Positions 12,719-25,039 of a DNA stretch of 64,000 nucleotides are shown here, piece by piece. The DNA is from Camelus ferus. Its lineage: Eukaryota. The notes beneath the pieces are model-generated. The model made no database searches. It worked only from the letters and a program-made list of their open reading frames with translations, and was not told where the DNA came from. The translations under genes were made by a program, and so were the position numbers. Each line of letters starts with the position of its first letter. The stretch's first letter is position 1. Where the stretch lies: the NCBI RefSeq assembly GCF_009834535.1, contig NC_045696.1:18602001-18666000 (forward strand). Reading direction: 5' to 3'.

Positions 12719-13799
12719 TTTTTAAACAATTTAAGTAAACATTTGTGTACTTCCACTAAAGAATGAAGGCACTGTTTTGTAATTAGAAAAAAAATATTTA
12801 GTAGCCTTTAACTTTTTTTTTCCTATTTTCTACTAAATTGTTTTGGACCCTTAGAAAGCAGAGTAGAGAAGCTGGTGTATGACTGACGGAGCTGCCTGTG
12901 TCTGTCCAGACTGCACATCTAGGCTGAACTGGGCAGCATCCTTGAAACAAACTACTTTTCTGTACTATCCACCCAAGCCCAGGATGACCATGCCACCAAC
13001 TTAGATAAGCTTCCTGTGCAGACACCAGGCTGCCTTTCATTCATTCCTGAATTCATTTGTTCAAACAATACAAGAGTTAATGACCTGAACAATGTTAAGT
13101 CTTCCAATAACAGTATTGGAAATGTTAAAAATAGGTGGATTCTATATGCATTATAAGATCTTCACTGGCTGAGAAACTAGGGCTATCTGTACGTGTGACT
13201 GCTTTTCTTTGTTCTTAAAAATATATGTTAATAGAGGTACCTAGGGTTTAAAAATGTGCTTTTGTACATTTAAGCACATTTTATCGTTAAGTGTTAACTT
13301 GAAATGTCATTGAAAGAAAAACAAATTCAATACTGTACAAAGTATTTCAAACCTTACAGAAAAGCATTAAGTTTTTTTTTAAAGTAGCCTAATGTTTTCC
13401 CAGGGAAAACCAGAGCTTTATGAGAGAGCAATTATATTAGGAGACTAGAAACAATCCATTAGAATGCTTAATTTTATAGAGAAATGTAACAGTATCTTCA
13501 TCTGTCAAGAACTTTATTTGATGAAACTGACTCAATTGGAAGTTAAAAAAAAAAAATAGATCTTAAGGGTATCTGAAATCACCCACTGGGCAGTCTGGTC
13601 TTGTGTTCTTGGTGACAAATGTTGACAGTAGACTTAAAGTACGGCAAATACGGAAGCAGAGAGAGAATACAGCAGAGATTGGCTGGATGTTAAGCAAACC
13701 CACCTCTTATTCTCAAACATTTTCCAAGTTTGCAGTTAGGTATAGTAATGTAGTTTACTTCTGTTCAGTGTACGTGTGCAGATATCTTGTGTATGTTTC

Positions 13800-15150
13800 C
13801 ATGCCCAGACCAAATATTCTCCCATAAACAATGCTTGGTTTCCCCCCAGTACCCTGCCATGTGTTGATATCCATGAAAATCTTGGAAACCTTGTGTTGAA
13901 GATGACAGACTCTGTCATCTTGTTGGACACCTGAAGACATCATGGAATTGAGGCACTGCCCTCCCTGTTCCTATTTTGAATTTGTCTGAACAGGAAGTAA
14001 ATTTATGTTGAGCTGCGGGTTTTCCTTGCTTTCTTTGTTAAAATTGCTATAATTCCCTTAACTAATAGAAAATGATACATTGAAGTTGATCATTGCCATA
14101 AATAAAATGTGAGATTCAAGGCTTCGTTTTTAGAAGTCAGAAATGGTGGTCAGTGAGGAAGGTGATGGAAGATATTGGAAAGATGGAGAACTTTATGGGA
14201 GACAATTCTCCCTGGGTTCCTCAATGTTTCTCCATTGCCTGAGCCTTCTGAGTAAAGGAAATAGACAAACTATAATAAATACAGAGAATATTTATGCCTT
14301 GGCTGTCCTGCTCTCAACCTCTCCCCTTGGAGACATTAGCTCACATTTCAGGATAATAAATCCATAGATGCCTTTTTTTTTCCTCTCTGAATTTTTCTTA
14401 TCTTTTACTCTGGAAAGTAAGAAGAATAAGTTCACTATTAACAGAAGGGAAGATGAACAGCTGTGCTAGCACCTCTGTGTAAGAACTGGGTCTCATAATT
14501 TGGGGGTTGCTCTCCTATTGTGCAACATTGCTGCATACCCAGGGGTACATCTGACCCCCATCACATCACCCTGTGGAGAAATGTGCCTGGGAAACCAATA
14601 CATGATGCTCTGTAAATGGTCTGTTCTCCAGTCCAGAGATCTGTGTTTCCTGTCAGAATATGAATATATGAATCTTAATAGATCCATGCTATGCAGTAGC
14701 AAAGAACTTGGTAAAATTACTCCTTTTGGTATTCAACTAAGGTTTATTGAGTTGGCAGACTGGAGAATGCGGTTGGAAAACAGAATATTGGAAATGTGGA
14801 TAGATTCTTACTGGTGGCTTTTAATTAAAGTAGAAAGCGATGAGCTCAGACAGTAAGAAATGGTTTATTTGCAAACTGAAAGGACAGACAATAGAGCATG
14901 TCAAGGTGCTTTCCATATTTTTCAGGCTTCAAGTATCTGTTGTTTCCAGAATCCAAAGAGTAGGAAAGAATTGGCTTTTTGTAATAATAAAAAAAATGAC
15001 AATGTCAAAAACTTGATGAAAAGGATTTGTAAAGCCTACTTCTTTCTGACTCCAAGTAGTAGAAAAGTCATTTTAAAAGCTTTTGAATGGGAGAGTCCCA
15101 TTTATATATATTCAGCCTTGCCACAAAGATAAGCTAAAGACTTCAGCCTG
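13800..15150 (+). mobile_element. MLT1-type LTR (~13800-14068) followed by MLT1 internal sequence, interrupted by an ERV1 LTR
   Basis: gttgaagatgacagac, aggaagtaaattt and ttaactaatag mark the LTR end. MLT-int motifs such as gaaagcgatgagctcagac...tttgcaaactgaa resume after 14720. Confidence 0.55.
14193..14720 (+). mobile_element. ERV1-class LTR (MER89/MER90/MER110-like)
   Basis: Begins tatgggagacaattctccctgggttcctcaatgtttctcc. Internal ttgggggttgctctcctattgtgcaac...caccctgtggagaa. Confidence 0.65.
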
Positions 15151-15208
15151 CCTTTTCCATTCTTATGCTTCAAGATTGCCGTCACTACTTCAGAGGCAGG
15201 GATGGGGA

Positions 15209-15540
15209 TGTTTTAGTCCATTTGGGCTGCTGTGGCAAAATGCCACAGACTGGGTGGCTTATAAACAACAGGAAATCCTTTCTCTTAGTTCTGGAGGCTG
15301 GCAAGTCCAAGATCAAGGCACCTGCACATTCAGTGTCTCATAAGGACCTGCTTCCTAGTTCATAGACAGCTGTCTTTTCTCTGTATCCGCGGGTGATACA
15401 TGAGCTCTCTCTGGGTCTCTTTCATTTAGGACACTGATGCTTTTCATGAGGGCTCCACCATCATGACCTAATCACTTCCCAAAGGCTGCGCCTCCGAACA
15501 CCATTACATTGGGGGTTGGTTTCAACATATGAATTTTGCG
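15209..15540 (-). mobile_element. MLT1A/MLT1A0-like MaLR LTR
   Basis: tgttttagtccatttgggctgctg...gactgggtggcttataaacaacag...ttctggaggctggcaagtccaagatcaagg...catgacctaatcacttcccaaagg...ttcaacatatgaatttt. Confidence 0.9.
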
Positions 15541-16374
15541 ACAGAGGGTGGGGAACCCCTAAATTAATATGGTTATTTCTACTACTTATTTTTAACTACT
15601 TAAGATGTCTATTTTCTTTACATTCTGAGATTTTAAGATATCCAATGCATTTTAACTCTGATTTTTAGTTCTGCTAAGTGTACAAGCTTAGAACTTGCAG
15701 AGGCTTTGAAGAATTATTTTCCTCTTTAATATAATTTTGACTAATCTTGTTTTATGCTATTTCATATTTATTCACATTTTTTGTTGCTTAAAACTTTATC
15801 AACTTGTTTTGCCTTTTATAATACTGTAACTTAATCAGTCAACTCCTGTATGGTTTGATTTTCTTGATTTTAAAAGCTATAAAGAAAGACTGTACTTTCA
15901 GGGATCATTTCTGTAGTTCGTTAAAAGTTATAAAGAGTCTTTCACATGACAATTTAGTTGAGGTTTTTTTCTTATTAACTGATAATGCACTTTGTCTCTA
16001 TAGATTTTTACTGATAGCACTTAAATCAAACTTCCTGATATCATTCAGTTTCTGTATATAATTATTGGTTAATTTAAATTGTATGACAAAGACCAAATGG
16101 TAGTGTATCTGCCAATTTTCCCTAGCTTATCTTAAGCTTTGCTTATTTACTTGCTATAGTGTTTACCAAATAAATGCTATCGTCTAATGGCTCTAAACCA
16201 TTTGCTTTTGACATTTGGTCAAAATACTATTTTAGATGGCATTAGTATTGCTATCTTTGTTTTCGTTTTAGTTAGTTAATATTGGTACCTAAGTATTTAC
16301 AAGGTATATATTAATTTAAAAATTCATGTGTCTTTTTTTTCTTCAGTGGCTTATATTTAAAGAAAATACACAAG

Positions 16375-16486
16375 CATTCCTTAACGTTGCATAGAACCAT
16401 GTCAACTGAAACTTGGGCATATCTGGAAGATACAGTTCCAATATGCCCAAGTTCCAATTAGTATGGTTCTGTGCAAAAATGGACTG
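16375..16486. mobile_element. Palindromic MITE-like element (probable Tigger/TcMar-type non-autonomous fossil)
   Basis: 36-nt inverted arms at 16387-16422 and 16441-16476 (30/36 Watson-Crick). Outer ends cattcc / ggactg resemble a CAGTCC terminal inverted repeat. Confidence 0.55.
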
Positions 16487-17780
16487 TCAGCAGGTGAATT
16501 TTGCACTTCCTGTCAGACATTGAACACATAAATCTCTTATCAGGGTGGGAGAGTTGAATATATTATTCTTATATTTAGATAATTGAAATAATTCCTCTCA
16601 TCTATGTATATATTCACTGGTTTATTCTTTTTTTTCCTGTGAACTTTTTCATTTATGGCTAAATGAAATGATCTGTATCTTGTCAAATTAATAAGTTTGT
16701 CATTGGTTTGAAAGGTGTTTGTAATATTTCTACTCTTACCAGAGTTTATGATTACATTAACAGTCACTGTTGAAGTTGTAAATATGTACATAACACAAAA
16801 TAATTTAGAGAATGTTTACTTTCTTCAAATCCCATGAAAGATTTAATCATATTTTTGCCTTACAATATTTACTCCTCCTCCTAAAATTTTGATGATGGCC
16901 ACTCTGATCTGGGATGATTAATTCAAATCAGCTTTTCCAACACTCCCTGGATCCTGAGCAATTATATTTTTACTTATAAATGGAAAGTAGATGATTATTG
17001 GTGACACACTGATGTAAAAGCAAGCAAACTGGACAAACAACAAACATTCACAGATTTATTAGCTACCAAAACAGGCTGAAGCAAAGATCCGAGGAAAATT
17101 TAAATCTGACTCTGCTTATTATTTAAGAAATGATGAAATAAATATTTATATGTTTGGAATGCAAGCATATGACCTATAAGCCCTGATAGTTTATAAAATA
17201 TGTCATAAAGATTTATAGGAATAATACATGATTATCAGAATATTACTTTATCCTGGCTTATCCTCCATCATATACGTTTAATTTTTTGAAATTTCATGCC
17301 CCCTTTTAAAAGCACATAACCTGAAGTATTTTTAAGCCTAGCTAGCTGTTTATATGTATGTATAATTTCTGAAGTTTTCCTCCAATTTTTACAAACTTTA
17401 TCTCCATTACCTCCCCCTGCTGGTGATAAAGTGAAGGTGCAAAGCAGATCGGTTTTTTCCACAACTTGGTATCTTGCCACCTGTTTCTCAACATAGGGGC
17501 TATGCGTGCATGGACTGATGACTATACATTTCACAAACACTAACATAAGGAAACATTTTAAGCATGATTTTTGCTAGCCTGAATTCATTATAAATTGACT
17601 TTTCCCACTACAGTGTAACATAGAGTGGAAAAAGGAATATAGGAAAAGTTTAAGGGGCCAAAAAGTCAACTTTTATTTTCTCCATATAGATTAAAGATAA
17701 TCAGGAAATCAGAAGGGGAAAAATTATTCTCATTTCTGATAGAGTGAATAAGAACTTTACCTTGCATCAATTAAGGAGGT

Positions 17781-17805
17781 AAAAACAAAACAAAACAAAA
17801 CAAAA
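17781..17805 (+). repeat. (CAAAA)n microsatellite
   Basis: aaaaacaaaacaaaacaaaacaaaa. Confidence 0.9.
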
Positions 17806-19129
17806 CCCAGCACGGTCTGCTTAGGGATTCTTGAGAGTACAGAACAATTCAGTTTGAGTGAGTTACAGATGAGAGTTGAGTTGTAACACCTCTCTTGGGT
17901 ACTTGTAAAGTTGTTTGTCGACTGCAGTAGTCTCCTGAGTCCTCTAATAGGATCCCAGGGGCCAGCCCTGCCAGCTCTCCTCAAAAGAAATTCTATCTCT
18001 TGAGAATAAAATCATAGATAGACTTAATGTTCTGCAGGAGTTAGGTTGTTACCGTGGCTGATTCTCTCAGTGTGTTTTCCTCCTGGACCCTGAGTAAAGA
18101 CCAACATGCAGAAAGGAATTAGGTAAGTTCACAGTTAGCCCTCACAGTGCCATCATAGCCCAGCTTCTGCCAGTTCAAACATGGACTGGGCTTCATTGAA
18201 ATAGTCTGAATTCCTCTCTAGTATCCAGTCGTTTTGAACTTAGAAGAAACATGTGCTGGGAGGAAATGCTGTGTGCTTATACTAAAACTGTGGGGTATGC
18301 CCTAGCAAATTGCACACTTGGTCATCGGATGGGCCCCCTTCATTATACAGTTTCACCACTCTGAACAGGAGCCCACCTGTGTTGGCCCGGCTAAGGGACT
18401 CCTATCATACCTTTGTAATATTTTTCCATGAAACTCAAAATACCTTAAAGTTACAATTAAAAAAATCTATAAAATCTGAGTTGAAACTAAAAATCACAAG
18501 ACTGAATTTACAGTTGACTTATAGACAGATCACCTTTAACTTAAGCAGGTAGGTGGTCCCCAATGTGAGGAAACTTGACAAGATTGACTAAAATCCTAGT
18601 TAAAATCACAATAATAGCCCTACTCTTACCTTAGCTTGAGCGCTCTTAAAGGAGGTTAAGTACATGCTCTAAAGAGATTTGCCAGTATGTACGTATGCTA
18701 TTTATTTAGTGTTTGTATTTATTTATATCTGTATATTATATAAAACAAGTAAAAAGAAAAAAGTCAGCTCTTTGACAGAATAAAACATGACTTTGATACA
18801 CTTAAGCATTGGCCAGGGGGATTTTTGAAGCAATAGTGTCTGCTTTTTGTTCTGATTTACTAAGATGCTACAATAAATATCCATCTCTATCAGGTAGACA
18901 CACAAATTACCTTATCTTGTTAGTATTTATTTTATCTATTTGTGAAAACAATGAAAGAAAAACTTTTGAAGTAAATTCATACCTTAAGACAATCAGTTTG
19001 GAAACCTTAGAAAGGTGAGGAAGAAACTTCAGAGGACAAGCCACCCCAAAGCTTTTGTGATTAAACTTGAAGGTCCAGGGCCTGAAGTCCTTCATGTCTC
19101 TGCAGAGGCAGTGTTTACATTGTCAAAAG

Positions 19130-19840
19130 ACAGTTAAAAGGATGTGTAAAAACCCCCAAATAAAGTGGCTTAAAAAACCAACCATTTATTTGCTCACAAT
19201 TCTGCCCTCTGGGCTGGGTTCCAGTAAGGAGATTACTCTGCTAGTCTGAGCTTGGGTCACCACGTGGTCAGTCATCTGCACGCATGACTCAGACCTGAAA
19301 TCCAAGGTGGCATGTTGGTCTATTTGCTGCCTCCTGGGTCACCAGGTGGCCCTCTGCTTCTGACCTCTTCCCCAGGAAAGGCAACACTTCTCACAGGTAA
19401 ATCGCATGTCCAAGGTGAAAACCAACTGCTAGGACTCTTAAAACCCCGATCCAGAACTGGCAGTGAACTAACGTATCACAAGGTCAGCCAAGATTCAAGA
19501 AAAAGGAAAAGAAACTCTTACTTCTCTGAAGAGGACTGGCAGATATTTTATTGTCATTTTAAGTCCCCTGTAATTCACCTTCTAAAACCTGTGTACATTG
19601 CAATGACATGCAAACTCACGTTTTTCCAAGATCCCCAAAGTTTCATCTTAGTGTAATGCTGATTTTGGCTAGAAGATCTGGATCTCATCATCTAAATTAG
19701 GTCCAGATGAGGATGAAACCCTTGGATGTAGATTCTTAGAGACTGTTTCGGATATAAATACCTGTAAAGTACAAGAGAACTTATTCAACCTTCCTGCCGT
19801 CTCCCACAATAGACCCAGCATACAATTGTGAATAAAGGAT
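19130..19840 (-). mobile_element. MLT1-type LTR (~19130-19570) plus MLT1 internal piece
   Basis: cccccaaataaagtggcttaaaaaaccaaccatttatttgctcacaattctg...aaggtcagcccagattcaag, followed by tctcatcatctaaattaggtccagatg. Confidence 0.7.
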
Positions 19841-19851
19841 GAGATAATCAA

Positions 19852-20100
19852 AGAAGCTCGGGTGACTTACAAACACAGTAGAAATTTCTCACAGTTCTGC
19901 AGGCTAGGACGTCCAAGATCAAGGCGCTGGCAGATTCAGTGTCTGGTCAGAACCTGGTCCCTGATTCATGGACAGCCTTCTCACAGTCCTCCCATGGAGA
20001 AAAGAGCATGGGACTCTCTGCGGCCCCTTTTCTAAGGGCTCCACTGTCATGACCTCATCACTTGCCCAAAGACCTCACCTCCAAATACCATTACACTGGA
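19852..20100 (-). mobile_element. MLT1A-like MaLR LTR
   Basis: gggtgacttacaaac...ttctcacagttctgcaggctaggacgtccaagatcaaggcgctggcagattcagtgtctgg...cacctccaaataccattacactgg; homologous to 15209-15540. Confidence 0.85.
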
Positions 20101-20849
20101 GACACTCCTTATTACTGCATTTAAGAAACCTATTTTTTTTTTAATCTCACCCACATAAAATATTTCCACAACTTGTACTTTCAGCCTTATTTTTAATAAT
20201 CATTTTTGTTCAGCTTATGTTATAGATTACATACATCAACTTAAACATATTTCAATATATTTTAGTTACATCTAGATGCACACATGTCCAGTTATTCCTA
20301 TTTCCTTGCTTCAGTAGACTTGTCTGCATGTTGCATATATAGTTTACTATAGTTAATGAGCATGTCTTGGACATATTTAAGTGGTTTGGCACTTCGACTG
20401 ATCTTGATGGGGTATGAACTAAAAAAGTACTTTTATTCTAGCATCGCTTTCAAGCATGCTCTCTTCTCCCTGTATCCATAGTTAATCCTATTTAAAGCAA
20501 AGCCTCCAGTTAATTTTAGATATGAAAAAGTTACCCAATTTATTCTAATTGAAATATAGCTGATCTACAATATGGTATTGGTTTCAAGTATATAGCATAG
20601 TGATTCATCTTTTTTATGTGCAGATTATATTCCATTATAGGTTATTACAAGATATTTGGTATAATTCCCTGTGCTATCCAGAAATTCCTTGCTGCTTAAC
20701 TATTTTATGTATAGTAGTTTGTATATGTTCAGTCTATACCCCTAATTGTCCCTCCCCACTTCCCTCTCCCCTTTAGTAAACATGTTTGTTTTCTATGTCT
20801 GAGTCTCTTATATGGATTCATTTGTATTTTTTTAACTTTCTATATATGT

Positions 20850-23800
20850 GATACCATAAAGTATTTGTCTTTGTCTGACTTATTTCACTAAGCATAATAT
20901 TCTCTAGATGCTTCCATCGTGCTGTAAATGGCAATATCTCATTCTTTATGGCTGAGTAATACTCCATTGTATTATATATATCTCCTTTACCAGTTATAGT
21001 GTGTGTGTAAAAAAATACCTTCCTAAGATCTGGTGCCAATCATCTGGTGATGGGCACTTGAATAGTTTCCATATCTTGGCTATTGTAAATAGTGCTGCTA
21101 TGAACATTGGGGTTCATATATCTTTTTCAATTGGAGTTTTCATTTTTATGTATATATACCCAAGAGTGGAACTGCAGGACCTATTGCAAGTAGTTCAATT
21201 TTTAGTTTTTTTTAAGGAATCTCCGTACTGTTTTCCGTACTGGCTTGCACCAACAATGTATTAGGGTTTGCTTTTCTCCACACCCTCTCCAGCACTTATT
21301 ATTTGTAGATTTTTTGAAGATGGCCATTCTGACTGGTGTGAGGTGATACTGCATTGTGGTTTTGATTTGCATTTCTCTAAGTAGCAAAGTTGAGCAACTT
21401 CTCATGCGCCTGTTAGCTTTTGAATACCTTCTTTGGAAAAATGTCTATTCAAGTCTTTCACCAATTTTTTTAATGCTTTTTTTAAATAAAGATTTGTAGG
21501 AGCTGTTTGTATATTTTGGAATATGATCGCCTGTTGGTCACATAGTTGGCAAATACTTTCTCCTATTCAGTAGGTTGTCTTTTCATTTTGTTTATGATTT
21601 CCTCTGCTGTGCGGAAGAGTATATGTTTGTTTAGGTCCTATTTGTTTATTTTTGCTTTATTTCTTTTGCCTTGGGAAACTGATCTAAGAAAATATTGCCA
21701 AACTTTACATCAAAGAATGTTTCACCTATGTTCACTTCTAGGAGTTTTATGGTGTCATGCCTTATATTTAGGTCTTCAAAGCATTTTGAGTTTATTTTTG
21801 TATATGGTATGATGAAATGTTCTAATTCATTGTTTTACATGTAGTTGTCCACCTTTCCCAACATCACTTGCTGAAGAGGATATTCTCCACTGTATATTTA
21901 CCTAATTTGTCACAGATTATATGACTGTAGGTGCATGTGTTTATTTATGGGCTCTCAATTTTGTTTATCTCTGTGTCTTTTTTTTGTGCCAGTAGTACCC
22001 TGATTCGACTTACTGTAGCTTTGTACTATAACCTGAAGTCTGGAAGGGTTATACCTCTAGCTTTGTTCTTTTTTTCTCCGGATTGCTTGGCAATTCTGGG
22101 TCTTTTGTGGTTTCATATACATTTTAAGTTTATTTCATCTAGTTGTGTGAAAATATCAAGAGTATTTTGATAAATACTGCATTCAATTTGTAGATTACTT
22201 TGGTAGTATGGCCATTTTAACAATATTAATTTTTCCAATCCAAGAGTTCGGAATATCTTTCCATTTATTGAATTATCTTGATCTCCTGTATCAACGTTTT
22301 ATAGTCTTCAGCATATAGGGCTCCCACCTTCATTTGGTTTCTTCTGAGGTACTTTTCTAATGTGATTTTAGAGGTAATTGTTTTTTTAATTTCTCCTTTT
22401 GGTATTTCATTATTAGTGTGTAGGAACAAAATGCTAATCTTGTATCCTTCTACCTTCTTGAATTAATTTATTAATTCTAATAGCTTTTGTGTGGAGACTT
22501 CGGGTTCTCTATATAGAGTATCGTGTCATCTGAAAACAGTGGCATTTTTCTCTCTTCCCTTCCAGTTTAGACATCTTTTATCTATTTTTACTCTGATTTC
22601 TATGGCTAGGAATTCCAATGCTATGTTGAATAGAAGTGGTGAGAGTCAGCATCCTTGCCATGTTTCTGATTTTAGTGTGAATGCTTTCATCTTTTCACCA
22701 TTGAGCATGATGTGGGTTGTGGCTTTGTCATAAATAAGTTTTATTATGTTGTGATGTTTTCTCTGTACCAGCTTGGTGAGAGTTTATGTCGTGAATGGAT
22801 ATTGGATTTTGTCAAATGTTTTTTCTGCATCTATTGAGATGATCATGTAGTTTGTTTTTCCTTTGTGTTAATGTGGTGTATCCCATCCATTTTTTTTTTA
22901 TGTTTGTTGAACCATCCTTGTGACCCTAGAATGAGTCCAAATTAATGATGGTGTATGATCCTTTGTGTGTATTGTCCAATTTGGTTTGCTAACATTGTGT
23001 TGAGAACTTTTGCATCTATGTTCATTAAATTCATTGGCATACAGTTTTCTTTGTCCTTCTTGTTTTTATCTGGGGTGGTACAGGGTAACACTGGCCTTGT
23101 GGAATGAATTTGAGAATATCTTCTCCTCTTCAATTTCTTGGAATAGTTTGAGAAGGATAGATATAATGTCTTCTTTATATATTTGATAGAGTTCCCCAGT
23201 GAAACTGTCTGGTCCTGAGCTTTTGTTTGAAGGAAGTTCTTTTATTACATAATTCTGTTTCTCTTCTAATGACTTATCTGTACAAATTGTTTCTACTTTA
23301 CTCAGTCTTGGCAAGCTTTATGTTTAAATTTGTCCATTTAATCTAGGTTGTCCAATGTGTTGGCATATAACTGTTCATAGTATTAACTTATGACTTTTTA
23401 TATTTCTGTGGTATCAATTGTTTCTTTTTTCATTTTCTAAATTTTATGTGTATCTTCCATCTTTTTTTCTTAATGAGCCTGGCTGGAGGTTTCTCAATTG
23501 TGTTGATCTTTTCAGAAAATCAGCTCTTGGTTTTATTTAATTTTTCTATTTTTTTGATCTCTATTTCTTTCCTAACTTTTATTTCCTTCCTTCTACTGAC
23601 TTTGAGTTTTGTTTGTTCTTCTTTTTCCAATTTGTTTAGATGGTAGTTAAAGTAGTTTAAGAGTTTTCTTACTTCTTTAGGAAGACTGGTAATACTGTGA
23701 GCTTCCCCTTTAGAACTGATTTGCTGCATCCCATAGATACTGTAATGTTGTGTGTTCATTTACTGTAATGTTGTGTGTTCATTTATGTTTGTCTCAAGGT

Positions 23801-24600
23801 ATTTTCTGATTTCTTCTTTGATTTCATCATTGACTCAATATTTTTATAGTAGCACATTTTTAGTCTCCATGTGTTTGTTCTTTTTTCAGTTTTTCTTTCT
23901 ATAGTTGATTTCTAATTTCATACCCTTGTGGTCAAAAAATATGCTTGATAAAATTTCTATCTCCTTAAATTTGTTGAGGCGTGTTTTGTGACCTAGCATG
24001 TGGTCTACACTAGAGAATGTTCCACAGACACTTGAAAAGAATGTGTATTCTGCTTTTCATGGATTTAGTATCCTTTAGGTATCAATTATATCCAACTGAT
24101 CTGTTGTATCATTTAGGACCTTTGTTGCCTTATTGATTTTTCTGTCTGGATGATCTGCCCATTGATGTCAATTTGATGTTAAGGTCTCCTACTTTTATTG
24201 TGTTATTGTCAATTTCTCCCTGATAGTATTTGCTTTATATATTTAGATACTTTTATATTAGGTGCATATGATAATGAGTGTAATATCTTCTTGTATTGAT
24301 CTCTTTATTATATAATGCAGTTCTTTGTCTTTCTTTATAGACTTCATTTTAAAGTCTATTTTGTCTGGTAAGTGTATTGCTACTCCCACTTTATTGTATT
24401 ATCAATTTGCATAAAACACCTTTTCCCACCCCTTATCTTTCAGTCTGTGTATGTCTTTCACCCTGAAATGAGTCTTTTATAAACAGCAGATTGCAGATTC
24501 TTACTTTTTTTTCTTTTTATCCAATCTGTCTTTTGATTGGAGAATTTAGTCTGTTGATGTATAACGTAATCATTGGTTAGCATGCAATTTTATTATTTTA
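20850..24600 (-). pseudogene. L1 ORF2 (endonuclease/reverse transcriptase), disrupted
   Basis: Endonuclease start MITLYINRLNSPIKR near 24575. The RT catalytic block reads LFSDDT near 22520-22545. Cys-rich C-terminus [15 protein letters not shown]. Many stops and frameshifts. Confidence 0.9.
23738..23783 (+). repeat. Perfect 23-bp tandem duplication inside L1 ORF2
   Basis: tactgtaatgttgtgtgttcatt occurs twice, head to tail. Confidence 0.95.
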
Positions 24601-25039
24601 ATCCTTGTTTTCCAGTTGTTTTTATTTATCTTTTTTCATTTCTTCTTTTTCCTTTTGTGGTTTGACCTTGTTTTGTAGTATGCTTGAGTTACTTTTTATT
24701 TATGAATTTATTGTATGTTTGATTTGTGGTTACCATGGAGTTCATGAATGCTGATCTATAACTAAATCTACTTGATTTACATTGATAGTCATATAAGGTC
24801 AAACACCTTCTAAAAGGTCTACATTATTTTTACTACTCTCCCTGACATTTTGTGAATTTTATGTCCTGTTTTACATCTTCATGCTTATCATTTTACTGTG
24901 TATTTTAGTTATAATCACTCTTAGAGTTTTTGATTGATATTTAATCTATGTACTGGCTGATTTAAGTTATCTTCAGTCCCTACTATATGTCTACCTTTCC
25001 TGTTGTGTTTTCCCCTATACTTTAAATTCTTTCTTCTTT

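Noticed and set aside
12923..13156. 77-codon open frame after an AG (AELGSILETNYF...), and a nearby acceptor at 12854 giving SRVEKLVYD*
   Set aside because: No recognised protein and weak splice context. Open frames of this length are expected many times by chance in 64 kb.
18630..18668. Possible 39-nt minus-strand exon (SMYLTSFKSAQAK) with an AG/GTAAGA donor
   Set aside because: Short pyrimidine tract and no supporting homology; indistinguishable from chance.
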